Below, in pieces: positions 1 through 8,984 of a stretch of DNA of 24,000 nt. Each line of letters begins with the position of its first letter. Position 1 is the stretch's first letter. The DNA is from an uncultured archaeon (lineage in GTDB: Archaea > Nanobdellota > Nanobdellia > Pacearchaeales > GW2011-AR1), in NCBI GenBank assembly GCA_963845205.1, contig CAWJRC010000002.1, positions 296,214-320,213 of the forward strand, given 5' to 3'. Position numbers and translations under genes: made by a program. The notes below the pieces were generated by a model. It was not told where the DNA came from. It made no database searches and saw nothing but the letters and a program-made list of their open reading frames with translations.

Positions 1-580
1 CGAAATTTGCTTGTACATTTATCTCTGGAAATTTCTTTCTCCAAGCTTCATTTGTCTTTTTATTCTCCCATGCATGGTCCGAAGTTGAAATTGCTGAAAC
101 TTCACAAAAACCAATAACAACATTAAGAAACTTAGCAAGAGTTCCACTTTTATCTATTTCATAAGCAATATAATTTCCTGCTATCTGTGCTCCTATTGCC
201 GAAGCATAACCTAGATCCCACTGATTATCTTTACAAAATTCATTGGCAATTGGATTACATTCTTTTCCTCCAAATTGTTGAATTCCAGTTTTTGTATAAT
301 CATAGATATCCCTATAAACTAATTGACAATTTCCTAGAAAACCGTAAGCATTTTCGTATACACTATAATCTATACCTAGTTTATCGGAATTATTTTCATT
401 AAGGTTTATACATCTTTCACTAATTGGGATGTAATCATTAATTTCGGATTTGTCTATCCATGCAAAACTTGAATTATCATTAGTTCTTTGATTGTCCAAA
501 ACCAAATTTTTTTCTAACCCATTCAAGTTTTGAGCATTCAAGCTTAATGCTAAAACAAAGGGCAATATCATTTTTTTCAT
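1..580 (-). CDS. Partial secreted/exported protein (C-terminus beyond window start)
   Basis: Absent from the ORF track because it runs off the edge. Reading the minus strand from ATG at 580-578 gives MKKMILPFVLALSLNAQNLNGLEKNLVLDNQRTNDNSSFAWIDKSEINDY... open to base 1, with a signal-peptide-like N-terminus. TATA-like atttatatat lies about 25 nt upstream of the ATG. Confidence 0.75.
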   Translation of the reverse strand, partial: MKKMILPFVLALSLNAQNLNGLEKNLVLDNQRTNDNSSFAWIDKSEINDYIPISERCINLNENNSDKLGIDYSVYENAYGFLGNCQLVYRDIYDYTKTGIQQFGGKECNPIANEFCKDNQWDLGYASAIGAQIAGNYIAYEIDKSGTLAKFLNVVIGFCEVSAISTSDHAWENKKTNEAWRKKFPEINVQANF

Positions 581-689
581 AAATTTTTATTAATTTTTTT
601 ATTTATATATCTTTCTACTCGTTACTACTAATTAGTTATTATTTTAAATAGGAGTGAAATTTTTTAAACTACTTTGTTTATAATTTATA

Positions 690-1193
690 ATGAACTCGCA
701 ATTTCTCTTTGAAAAACTTGAAGATTCTGAAGAATTTAAGCAATTTATTAAAGAAAATCCTAAAGCATATCTCTGTTCTGGCTTTTTTATAATTGATATG
801 GATAAAAATCCTGAAAACAAGTATCATTTTGATTTTTATGTTCCCAGCAGCAAAAAAACTTTTAGCTTTGAACTGGAAAACGGAATAAAATTAGTTCCTT
901 TAGAAAGAAATGATGAAAAAGTAATGGAAAAACTTTTGATGGAGAATCATTTTGATTTTGACGAATTGAAAGAAAAAATACTGACAGAGATGGAACTTAA
1001 ACAAGTAAAAAATAAAATCCAGAAAATGATTTTTTCTCTGCAAAATATAGAGGGAGAAGATTTCCTGTTAGGCACAATTTTCCTTTCCGGGTTAGGATTA
1101 ATCAGAGCAGATTTTGATATTAAGAATAATCAAATAACTGAGTTTGAAAAGAAATCTCTATTTGATATGATGAAAATTGTTAAAAAGAAGTAA
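690..1193 (+). CDS. Hypothetical protein, 167 aa
   Basis: Intact ORF on + strand that abuts a convergent gene; no family recognised. Confidence 0.7.
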   Translation: MNSQFLFEKLEDSEEFKQFIKENPKAYLCSGFFIIDMDKNPENKYHFDFYVPSSKKTFSFELENGIKLVPLERNDEKVMEKLLMENHFDFDELKEKILTEMELKQVKNKIQKMIFSLQNIEGEDFLLGTIFLSGLGLIRADFDIKNNQITEFEKKSLFDMMKIVKKK

Positions 1194-1796
1194 TTATTTT
1201 TCAGCAACAAAAACTATATTCCTCTCTGGTTCTTCTTTTGAGGCTATTTTGAAGCCAACTTTTTCAAATAATTTGTAAATTTCATCCGCATCAAACAAAT
1301 AATAATACCTAGCTCCTTTATCTCGCCATTTTACAAGCCGTTCTTTTTTTCCATTTCTAAATTTTCTGCAATTTTTATTCCATACAGCAACATCAACCTG
1401 CGCTTTTGGTTTTAAAGTTCGGTAAAGTTCTTTCACAGCCTTTTCTCTATTCTTCTCTCCTTTAATGCAGTGCAAAACTGCTACAAAAATTGCTGCATCG
1501 AAAAAATTATCTCCAAAGGGGAGTTTTGTCAGATCAGAAACAGAAAATTCGGCATTTATTTTATTCTTTTTTGCCCGTTCTTTTGCAAGCTCGATCATCT
1601 TTTTTGAAAAATCAACTAGATACATTTTTCCCTGCGGAATCTTCTGCAGATGCCTTCCTGCACCGCTTCCCAAATCCAAAATATTTCCTTTTTTCCCCTT
1701 TAGAAATTCTTTAACATGAAAAGCAGGTTCTGTTTTGAATTCATACCATTCTTTTGCAATATTATTCCAAACCTGTTTCTGACTCAATGTTTTCAT
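1194..1796 (-). CDS. Class I SAM-dependent methyltransferase
   Basis: Motif I NILDLGSGAGRHL, followed by MYLVDFSKKMIELAKERAKK and LPFGDNFFDAAIFVAVLHCI; Trm9/ALKBH8-type methyltransferase look. Confidence 0.85.
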   Translation of the reverse strand: MKTLSQKQVWNNIAKEWYEFKTEPAFHVKEFLKGKKGNILDLGSGAGRHLQKIPQGKMYLVDFSKKMIELAKERAKKNKINAEFSVSDLTKLPFGDNFFDAAIFVAVLHCIKGEKNREKAVKELYRTLKPKAQVDVAVWNKNCRKFRNGKKERLVKWRDKGARYYYLFDADEIYKLFEKVGFKIASKEEPERNIVFVAEK

Positions 1797-1835
1797 AACC
1801 TTGTTTAGAAATTGAAAGTTAAAAGTTTATTTGTA

Positions 1836-2300
1836 TCAGCCGAAATTTTCTTTGAAATCTTTAATCAGGCTTGTTTTTTCTTTTCTGTCTAATATTTCTT
1901 CGCTACGAATTTCTTTTTTCTTAACCTTTTTAACAAGTCTTTCCCATCCTCCCCGTGGGAGATACTTTAGAATACAAAATCTACCGAACTCTGAGTCTAT
2001 AACCGGCTTATATCCATTCCTTGTTAATCCAATCTCATCTCTTTTTCCTTGTAATACTAAATTTCCTACGGTTTGAAATCGGACACCGATTTCCTTTCCG
2101 GATTCTATATTGTTAACTTCTTTATCTTCTATGTATACTATTGATAATCCTTTATAGAAATAGTTATATAAATCAGTCCCATATATTTGTTCATGTTTTC
2201 CATATTCTTTTGCAATCTCGCAACAAGAATCAACTATATTACTTTTTTCTAAATTAGACCTAATTTTCTCTATTCTCTTTTCTAACTGGCTCTCCATCAT
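1836..2300 (-). CDS. Hypothetical protein, 154 aa
   Basis: Intact ORF; TATA-like catttaaatatt about 25 nt upstream of the start codon. Confidence 0.65.
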   Translation of the reverse strand: MMESQLEKRIEKIRSNLEKSNIVDSCCEIAKEYGKHEQIYGTDLYNYFYKGLSIVYIEDKEVNNIESGKEIGVRFQTVGNLVLQGKRDEIGLTRNGYKPVIDSEFGRFCILKYLPRGGWERLVKKVKKKEIRSEEILDRKEKTSLIKDFKENFG

Positions 2301-2334
2301 TCAAATTTTATTCAGAAGTCATTTAAATATTTTA

Positions 2335-3627
2335 TTAAGATTCATTCTCATTAAATTTGATCAAAGAAAAAACAGGGTATTTTGAAAGTTTTTCTCTTCC
2401 TTTCAGTTCAGGAAGCTCTATGGGGAAACAGCACTCTACAATCTCCCCTTCTAATTTTTCAATTAACTTGCATGAAGCCAAAGCAGTTCCTCCTGTTGCA
2501 ATTAAATCGTCTATAAGAAGAATTTTCTGCCCCTTTGAAATTGCATCTTTATGAATCTCAACTTTGTCTGTTCCGTATTCTAAATCATAACTTTCTGAAA
2601 TTGTTTCTGCAGGAAGTTTTCCTGGTTTTCTGATTAAAACTAATCCTGTACCTAGCTTTCCGGCAAGCATTCCTGCAATAGCAAAACCTCTTGATTCAAT
2701 TCCTGCAACAGCATCGATCTGAAAATTTCTGTATCTTTCATAAAGTATTTCAATTAATTTCTGCAGCCCTTCCTTATCTTTTAATAAAGTTGTAATGTCC
2801 CTGAACATAATTCCCTGCTTAGGGAAGTCAGGAACTGTTCTTATTTTATCTTTCAATTTTGAAATTTCCTGCTCTCTTGAAAAAGAATCTATAACTTTCA
2901 GCAAAACTTTTTTTACTCTTTCAACATTTTCCCTCATGATCATTCTTATAACTTCCCAGCTTGCAGGTTCTTCATCTTCTTTCCAGCAGTCATAGTCTGT
3001 TGACATTGCAATAACTCCGTAAGGGACTTCTGCTTCATTTGCTAAAATGCATTCGGGGGCAATTGACATATTTATTACATCTGCTCCAAATTGCCTAAAC
3101 ATCTTGCTTTCCGCCTTTGTTGAGAATCTAGGACCTTCAATTGTTACAACTGTTCCTTTTTTATGATTAGAAAATTTTAATTCTTCACAAGATTCAATTA
3201 ATTTTTTTCTGAGAACTTCACAAAAAGGTTCTGGCATAGGCGTGTGAATAGGGCCGAATTCAAATTTTTCGAAGAAAGTTAATTTTCTCTGCTTTGTGAA
3301 ATCAATAAACTGGTCAAGGATCACAAAATCTCCACGCTTTATTTCTTCTTTAAGAGAACCTACTGCAGTTGTTGCAATAATATACTTACATCCTTCATTT
3401 TTTAATGCGAAAATATTCGCACGATTGTTAACTTGAGTTGGAGGAATTTCATGCTTAAATCCATGTCTTGAAAGAATTACAACATCAACTCCATTTATTT
3501 TTCCTGTTATTAATGGAGAAGAAGGTTTTCCAAAAGGGGTATCAACTTCTATTTGCTTAAAATCTGAAAGAATTTCGGGATTTTCAAGTCCAGAACCACC
3601 AATAATCCCCACTTTTAACTTCGCCAT
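2335..3627 (-). CDS. mtnP-apt: Fused S-methyl-5'-thioadenosine phosphorylase (N-terminal) and adenine phosphoribosyltransferase (C-terminal)
   Basis: N-terminal half: [76 protein letters not shown] (MTAP). C-terminal half: [49 protein letters not shown] loop [14 protein letters not shown] (APRT). Single uninterrupted frame. Confidence 0.92.
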   Translation of the reverse strand: MAKLKVGIIGGSGLENPEILSDFKQIEVDTPFGKPSSPLITGKINGVDVVILSRHGFKHEIPPTQVNNRANIFALKNEGCKYIIATTAVGSLKEEIKRGDFVILDQFIDFTKQRKLTFFEKFEFGPIHTPMPEPFCEVLRKKLIESCEELKFSNHKKGTVVTIEGPRFSTKAESKMFRQFGADVINMSIAPECILANEAEVPYGVIAMSTDYDCWKEDEEPASWEVIRMIMRENVERVKKVLLKVIDSFSREQEISKLKDKIRTVPDFPKQGIMFRDITTLLKDKEGLQKLIEILYERYRNFQIDAVAGIESRGFAIAGMLAGKLGTGLVLIRKPGKLPAETISESYDLEYGTDKVEIHKDAISKGQKILLIDDLIATGGTALASCKLIEKLEGEIVECCFPIELPELKGREKLSKYPVFSLIKFNENES

Positions 3628-3678
3628 AAATTCGTTAACTTACTTTGATTTAAAAGTATTTTTGCGGTGGAGTAGATA

Positions 3679-3885
3679 TTATCTTTTTTTATAAGATTCT
3701 TTTGGATAATGTGATTTAAGATAATCTTCAAATTCAGATATATTCTCTTTGATAACCAAGGTTTGTTGATAGAAGAACATTGAACCTTTATGCTTTGACA
3801 GAAAATCATCTTCGATTTTATCTAAGGATTTTCTTGCTTTTTTCATAGCTTTTACAGCTGATTCCAAATGTTTTTGGTTTATCAT
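3679..3885 (-). CDS. Small hypothetical protein, 68 aa
   Basis: Short ORF, charged/helical composition, located upstream of the mtnP-apt fusion on the same strand. Confidence 0.5.
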   Translation of the reverse strand: MINQKHLESAVKAMKKARKSLDKIEDDFLSKHKGSMFFYQQTLVIKENISEFEDYLKSHYPKESYKKR

Positions 3886-4003
3886 AAAAATCTCTTGAAA
3901 ATATCATTTAAAAGGTTTATGAAGGATAAATTTAAATAACAAATTCATTTAATATATTCATGGAGCAAAGAGGATAAATGAAACCAGAACCGGGAGCACC
4001 ATA

Positions 4004-4255
4004 ATGAGTTTTATGAATATAATGTGGGGATTTGGAATTTTAGGATTCTTTTTTGGACTGATAATGGCAGGAATCTGGATATGGGCCTTTGTGTTTTGGA
4101 TTTTAATGATTGTTGATTGCGTGAAAAGAAAATTTAAGGGGGACACAGAGAAAGTTGTTTGGATCCTTGTTTTGATATTCACTTACATTATTGGCGCACT
4201 GATTTATTATTTTGTTGTGAAAGATAAAGACAAAAAAAGAAAAAGACGAAGATAA
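4004..4255 (+). CDS. Small two-TM membrane protein, PLDc_N-like
   Basis: MSFMNIMWGFGILGFFFGLIMAGIWIWAFVFWILMIVDCVKRKFKG...WILVLIFTYIIGALIYYFVVKDKDKKRKRRR: two hydrophobic spans, W-I-L-x-I-x-D-C and GALIYYFVV pattern. Confidence 0.65.
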   Translation: MSFMNIMWGFGILGFFFGLIMAGIWIWAFVFWILMIVDCVKRKFKGDTEKVVWILVLIFTYIIGALIYYFVVKDKDKKRKRRR

Positions 4256-4315
4256 TTCTTCTATACTGAAACTATATTAGGTAACCTTTAAAACCATTCT
4301 TATTGTAAAAAATAC

Positions 4316-5698
4316 ATGCTTCTCCCATCAAAAAATGAAGTAAGGAAGCCTACAAAAACAATCTCTGGAATTACTCCTGTAGCAGTTATGCTGCCTCCAA
4401 GAGAATGCAAGCACGGGACCTGCTTATACTGCCCCAGTCTGGATGTCCCGCAAAGCTATACTCCAAAAAGTCCTGTTGTTATGAGGGCAGCTGTAGTTAA
4501 TTACAATTCTTATGAACAGGTAAAAGCGAGAGTAAAAGCATTTGAGGCAATGCATCATCCGACAGAAAAGATTGAGCTAATAATTATGGGGGGAACTTTC
4601 CTTGAATACCCCAAAAATTTTCAGAACGATTTCATAAAAAATTGTTACGATGCACTTAACGGAAAAAAATCCAAAACTTTGGAAAAAGCTCAGAAATTAA
4701 ACGAGAAAGAAGAACATCGGTGTGTAGCTCTTTGCGTAGAAACCCGTCCAGATGAATGTATACAGTATATTCCAAGAATGAGAGAATTTGGGGTAACAAG
4801 AGTTGAACTTGGAGTTCAGATGCCTGACGATAAAATTTACAAAATGATAAAAAGAGGGCATAGTGTCAAAGATGTTGCAGACGCGACAAAAGCTCTGAAA
4901 GACGCAGGATTCAAGGTTGGTTATCATATTATGCCTGGCCTGCCTTCAAGCAATCCAAAAAAAGATTTGCAGCTATTCAAAAAGATATTTTCTGATGAGA
5001 GATTTAAGCCAGATCAATTAAAAATTTATCCATGCCAAGTTATCAAAGGTAGCGAATTAGAAAATGAATACTGGAAAAAGAGATACAAGCCTTATACAAA
5101 GGAGCAGATTGAAAAATTGCTTACAGAAATGTTGAAAGCTGTTCCGAGATATTGCAGAGTTATGAGGGTCATGAGAGAAATTCCGCCCGACTACTTGATT
5201 GCAGGAACAACAAGAATTGATCTGAGAAAAGATATTGAGAGAGATTTGAGAAAAAATAAAAGTGAAATTAAAGAAATCAGATTCAGGGAAATCGGATTCA
5301 ATAATAAAAATTTAAATCAGAATCTTAAATTAAAAATTACAAAATATAATGCATCTGAAGGAGATGAGTATTTTCTTGAAATTGTAAATGATGACGATGT
5401 TCTTTTTGGTTTGCTTAGATTAAGGATTATAAATGGAAAGGCGATTGTAAGAGAATTGCATGTTTATGGACAAAGTTTAAGATTAGGAGAAGAGGGAACA
5501 ATTTCACAACACAAAGGATTTGGAAAATGGCTTATGCTCGAAGCAGAAAAAATTGTCAGCGAAAACAAATGCAAGAAAATTTCAGTTATTTCCGGGATAG
5601 GTGTAAGGGAATATTACAAAGGTCTTGGATATAAATTGGAAGACAGCTATATGGTTAAAGAATTAAAACCAAAAGCCAGCATATCCCACAACGCTTGA
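4316..5698 (+). CDS. elp3: Elp3-family tRNA uridine(34) modification enzyme (radical SAM plus GNAT)
   Basis: GITPVAVMLPPRECKHGTCLYCPSL, ELIIMGGTFLEYP, CVALCVETRPDECIQYIPRMREFGVTRVELGVQ, YHIMPGLPSS, C-terminal GNAT ISQHKGFGKWLMLEAEKI...VREYYKGLGYKLEDSYM. Confidence 0.95.
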   Translation: MLLPSKNEVRKPTKTISGITPVAVMLPPRECKHGTCLYCPSLDVPQSYTPKSPVVMRAAVVNYNSYEQVKARVKAFEAMHHPTEKIELIIMGGTFLEYPKNFQNDFIKNCYDALNGKKSKTLEKAQKLNEKEEHRCVALCVETRPDECIQYIPRMREFGVTRVELGVQMPDDKIYKMIKRGHSVKDVADATKALKDAGFKVGYHIMPGLPSSNPKKDLQLFKKIFSDERFKPDQLKIYPCQVIKGSELENEYWKKRYKPYTKEQIEKLLTEMLKAVPRYCRVMRVMREIPPDYLIAGTTRIDLRKDIERDLRKNKSEIKEIRFREIGFNNKNLNQNLKLKITKYNASEGDEYFLEIVNDDDVLFGLLRLRIINGKAIVRELHVYGQSLRLGEEGTISQHKGFGKWLMLEAEKIVSENKCKKISVISGIGVREYYKGLGYKLEDSYMVKELKPKASISHNA

Positions 5699-6412
5699 TT
5701 TGTCTTCTGTAACATCACCTGAATTTTTGTATTCTATTAATTTTGGCTTCCAGTTTTTTGTCTTGCATAAATGCATCATTATCATCAGAGGGAAAAAACC
5801 GCATGCATCAATTTTTTCAAAATTTTTGATATTAAGTTCTTCTATAAGTTTTATGGTTATTTTATCTTTTTTTACTGCGTTTTCATATGGAAGAAAATGA
5901 CTCAAATCTGTTGAGAAAATATATAAGGCCTTAATGTCCGAGATTTTTTCAGCAATCTCTTTAGCTTCTTCATCGGTTATTTCCCCTACCATCAAAGGCA
6001 TTATTTCTCTAATTCCTAATTTCTGTAAAAAAGGAATTTGGTTATTTATTGAATGCTCTTTTTCTATACCTTCAAATTTAAAATCCTTATTGAACAATTT
6101 AATTTTTCCGAGCGGAGTTTCAATCTGTTTTTTATTTGATGTTAAAACTCCATGAAGAGGGATGTAATGAGAAGGGCCAAGAACAATTGCTTTCTCTATT
6201 TTTTTATCTTTCAAAAGAGAAAAAGTTTTTCCCGCCACTTTTCCCGAAAATTCATATCCTGCATGGGGAACAATTAATCCGTGAATTTCTTTTGGACTTA
6301 TCTTGTTTTTTTGTGAGAGAAGTTCATCTAACTCTTTCATCAACTCTTTTTTATCTTCAGGATACCAATCCATAACAAAAATAGCATCATAAAGTTTATA
6401 GTTTTTTTGCAA
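5663..6412 (-). CDS. amrB: AmmeMemoRadiSam system protein B (Memo family)
   Basis: GLIVPHAGYEFSGKVAGKTFSLL, AIVLGPSHY, LYIFSTDLSHFLPYENA, DACGFFPLMIMMHL; close to amrS and amrA. Confidence 0.88.
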   Translation of the reverse strand: MQKNYKLYDAIFVMDWYPEDKKELMKELDELLSQKNKISPKEIHGLIVPHAGYEFSGKVAGKTFSLLKDKKIEKAIVLGPSHYIPLHGVLTSNKKQIETPLGKIKLFNKDFKFEGIEKEHSINNQIPFLQKLGIREIMPLMVGEITDEEAKEIAEKISDIKALYIFSTDLSHFLPYENAVKKDKITIKLIEELNIKNFEKIDACGFFPLMIMMHLCKTKNWKPKLIEYKNSGDVTEDKSSVVGYAGFWF

Positions 6413-6450
6413 AAGATAAATCTTATAAATTCAGATGTGTATTTTTCTTT

Positions 6451-6990
6451 ATGAAAAAGAGGGGATTTGATCATTTTTACGAATCGACAGAAGATATACC
6501 TCTCGTGCTTGATTCTTATGAAGATATTTTTTCTGATTTTGATCCGCGTCCATATTCAGAAAGGGCGTTATCCGAAGATTTTCTTTTTGAATGCAAAAAG
6601 GCGGCTGTAGAAAAAAAAGGAAAAATCCATCTGAGATTATTCCTTCCAAAATCAAAAAGGCATCCCCTTGATGAAATAAAAATAAAGAAAAGATTAAAGG
6701 AACATTTTCACAAACATTTCCTAGAAAAAAAGAAGGACATAATGAGCACGAGACTGAATGGATTTACTTGGTCTGTTATTGGTTTTTGTATGATGTTTAC
6801 ATCTGCATTTTTTTGGGGGGAAGAAGGGCCTTTTGGAATTAATCTCCTAGTTACACTTGTCCAGCCAGCAGGATGGTTTTTTATGTGGGAAGGTTTGGCT
6901 AAAATTTTCATCGCACCAAAAGAACATATGCCTAATTATACTTTTTACAAAAAGATGGCAAATTCTACAGTTACTTTTGCAAATTATTAA
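6451..6990 (+). CDS. Hypothetical membrane-anchored protein, 179 aa, upstream of amrS
   Basis: N-terminal soluble region including SYEDIFSDFDPRPYSERALSEDFLFE, then two hydrophobic spans; stop is 4 nt before the likely amrS start. Confidence 0.7.
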   Translation: MKKRGFDHFYESTEDIPLVLDSYEDIFSDFDPRPYSERALSEDFLFECKKAAVEKKGKIHLRLFLPKSKRHPLDEIKIKKRLKEHFHKHFLEKKKDIMSTRLNGFTWSVIGFCMMFTSAFFWGEEGPFGINLLVTLVQPAGWFFMWEGLAKIFIAPKEHMPNYTFYKKMANSTVTFANY

Positions 6991-6994
6991 TAAA

Positions 6995-7855
6995 ATGAAA
7001 TTAGCAGAGTTGTACAAAAAAGAGAACGGAAAAATAAGATGTTTTGCCTGTGCGCAAAGATGTATGATTTCTGAAGGCAGAACCGGAATTTGTGGAGTAA
7101 GGAAAAATATTGGAAATAAATTATATCTCTTGGTTTACGGGAGAGTTGCTTCAATGAATATCGATCCCATTGAAAAAAAGCCATTATACAATTTTTTGCC
7201 GAACACATACAGTTTTTCTATAGGAACAATCGGATGCAATTTCAGATGCGATTTTTGCCAGAATTTTGAGATATCACAGGCCGGAAAAGAAGGGATGATT
7301 TTCGGTGAAAAAATCACCCCCAAAGAAATTGTTGAAAAGGCAATTCAGGCAAAATGCGAGAGCATATCTTATACTTATAACGAACCCGCAATTTTTATCG
7401 AATTTGTAAAAGACATTGCGAAAATTGCCAAAATGAAAAAACTGAAGAATGTTCTAGTCACAAATGGTTTTTTTACTAAGAAATCATTTGATTATATCTC
7501 GGATTATGTTGATGCTATGAACATTGACTTAAAATCTTTCAGCGAAGATTTTTACAGAAAAATTTGCGGTGCCAGATTAGAGCCTGTTCTTGATACAATA
7601 AAGATGGCGCATGAAAAAGGGATTCATATTGAACTTACGACTTTAGTAATTCCTGGTGAAAATGATTCTGAAAAAGAATTTGAAAAAATTGCGAAATTTA
7701 TTGCATCTGTAGATAAGAATATTCCTTGGCATATCTCTAGATTTTTTCCAATGTACAAAATGCTTGGCAAGGATATAACTCCCATTTCAACCTTGAAAAA
7801 GGCAGAAAAAATTGGTAAGAAATATTTAAATTACGTTTATGTCGGGAATGTATGA
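6995..7855 (+). CDS. amrS: AmmeMemoRadiSam system radical SAM enzyme
   Basis: MKLAELYKKENGKIRCFACAQRCMISEGRTGICGVR..., radical SAM motif CNFRCDFCQNFEIS, SYTYNEPAIFIEF. The ORF track starts at 6857, but homologous sequence begins at the in-frame ATG at 6995. Confidence 0.93.
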   Translation: MKLAELYKKENGKIRCFACAQRCMISEGRTGICGVRKNIGNKLYLLVYGRVASMNIDPIEKKPLYNFLPNTYSFSIGTIGCNFRCDFCQNFEISQAGKEGMIFGEKITPKEIVEKAIQAKCESISYTYNEPAIFIEFVKDIAKIAKMKKLKNVLVTNGFFTKKSFDYISDYVDAMNIDLKSFSEDFYRKICGARLEPVLDTIKMAHEKGIHIELTTLVIPGENDSEKEFEKIAKFIASVDKNIPWHISRFFPMYKMLGKDITPISTLKKAEKIGKKYLNYVYVGNV

Positions 7856-8391
7856 TGAAGAAATATAATGAACTCTTGAAACTTAGCCGAAATGCAATTG
7901 AATCTAAACTAGACAATAAACAATTGAAGATTTCAGAAACTATAAAGAAGAAATATTCTGAAAAAAAAGCAAGTTTTGTTACGCTAACTGAGCATGGCGA
8001 ACTAAGGGGGTGTATTGGAAGTCTGTATCTACGGCAAGAATTGTATAAAGACGTTTCTGAAAATGCAATTCATTCAGCATTTGATGATCCGAGATTTACT
8101 ACTCTAGACAAAAATGAATTATCCAAGATAAAAATAGAAGTTTCTGTTCTATCTGTTCCTGAAAAAATTAATTTTAAAAATGAAACTGAACTCCTGAAAA
8201 AAATTGACAGAAAAATGGGACTGATCTTGGAAAATGGATATAATTCCGCAACCTTTCTCCCACAGGTTTGGGAGCAGATTTCTGATAAAGTTGATTTTTT
8301 AGAAGAACTTTCAATGAAAGCAGGTTTAGGAAAAGATGCATGGAAAAATTCTGAGATTTATTTCTATAGGGTTGAAAACGTAAAAGAATAA
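7852..8391 (+). CDS. amrA: AMMECR1 domain protein (AmmeMemoRadiSam system protein A)
   Basis: FVTLTEHGELRGCIGSLYLRQELYKDVSENAIHSAFDDPRF, AGLGKDAWKNSEIYFYRVE; 4-nt ATGA overlap with amrS. Confidence 0.92.
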   Translation: MMKKYNELLKLSRNAIESKLDNKQLKISETIKKKYSEKKASFVTLTEHGELRGCIGSLYLRQELYKDVSENAIHSAFDDPRFTTLDKNELSKIKIEVSVLSVPEKINFKNETELLKKIDRKMGLILENGYNSATFLPQVWEQISDKVDFLEELSMKAGLGKDAWKNSEIYFYRVENVKE

Positions 8392-8495
8392 TCTTGTATG
8401 GGCCCGTCCGAGTATTTAGAAAACAATGGTCTTACTCATAAAAAATTGTAAAATTAAATAGAAAAGATTAAGAAATTAATTCACTTGTATTTCTT

Positions 8496-8789
8496 ATGAA
8501 AAAAATATGGATATTTGTCATTATTTTCGGCTTTCTTATAATCTTATTTAGTGTTCTATTAGGAAAACCAAATAGTATAAGTCTTACTCCTACCTTCCCA
8601 TTTATTTCTCTAAGTTGGAGTTCTCCTCCCAGTTCTGTTTATACTAATAACAATGAAACATCTAAAGGAATAGTAGCTAATGGAGGAAGTAATATTTATA
8701 TCGGAAATAATACCATTGTCGGATTTGATATAGGAATTGATGCTGAAAATGTCACTAATCTAACTACTGTAAATAATAACATTAAATAA
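8496..8789 (+). CDS. Small secreted/anchored Asn-rich protein, 97 aa
   Basis: N-terminal hydrophobic segment MKKIWIFVIIFGFLIILFSVLLG, then GIVANGGSNIYIGNNTIVGFDIGIDAENVTNLTTVNNNI, resembling a short parallel beta-helix segment. Confidence 0.5.
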   Translation: MKKIWIFVIIFGFLIILFSVLLGKPNSISLTPTFPFISLSWSSPPSSVYTNNNETSKGIVANGGSNIYIGNNTIVGFDIGIDAENVTNLTTVNNNIK

Positions 8790-8833
8790 ATTTTAGTTTT
8801 ACAAATAATTAAAATTACCCCCTAATTCTTAAT

Positions 8834-8905
8834 GCCCCGTCCGGGATTCGAACCCGGGTTTCAGCCTTGAAAGGGATGTGTCCTTGGCCTCTAGACTAAC
8901 GGGGC
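8834..8905 (-). tRNA. tRNA-Glu (anticodon UUC)
   Basis: Reverse complement GCCCCGTTAGTCTAGAGGCCAAGGACACATCCCTTTCAAGGCTGAAACCCGGGTTCGAATCCCGGACGGGGC: 7-bp acceptor, GTCT/GGAC D stem, loop CTTTCAA with TTC anticodon, CCGGG/CCCGG T stem with TTCGAAT. One mismatch (29:41) in the anticodon stem. No encoded CCA. Confidence 0.92.
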
Positions 8906-8929
8906 AATAATAATTAAAACAGAGAAAAA

Positions 8930-8942
8930 TAGTTTTTAAAGC
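8930..8942 (-). promoter_or_regulatory. Archaeal TATA-like box for tRNA-Glu
   Basis: Minus-strand AGCTTTAAAAACT, centred about 31 nt upstream of the tRNA-Glu 5' end. Confidence 0.4.
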
Positions 8943-8953
8943 TTTATTAGATA

Positions 8954-8969
8954 GTTTTTTAAATAAAAT
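8954..8969 (+). promoter_or_regulatory. Archaeal TATA-like box for the sigma-70 gene
   Basis: gttttttaaataaaat 16-31 nt upstream of the ATG at 8985, the spacing expected for a leaderless or near-leaderless archaeal transcript. Confidence 0.45.
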
Positions 8970-8984
8970 TTTTCGTCTTTATTT

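Noticed and set aside
187-402. 71-aa + strand ORF in the track
   Set aside because: It is antisense to the better-supported minus-strand partial gene (580 to beyond 1), which has a signal peptide and upstream TATA.
1465-1719. Two overlapping + strand ORFs (1465..1719, 1490..1714)
   Set aside because: Antisense shadows of the methyltransferase gene, with no domain features.
2357-2995. + strand ORFs 2357..2554 and 2795..2995
   Set aside because: Antisense to the clearly coding MTAP-APRT fusion.
6857-6994. N-terminal extension of amrS in the ORF track
   Set aside because: Residues before MKLAELYKKENGK overlap the upstream gene and look non-homologous; the real start is most likely 6995.
6449-7323. 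Minus-strand ORFs 6449..6655, 6708..6911, 6987..7208 and 7135..7323
   Set aside because: Antisense to the 179-aa protein and amrS; no coding signatures.
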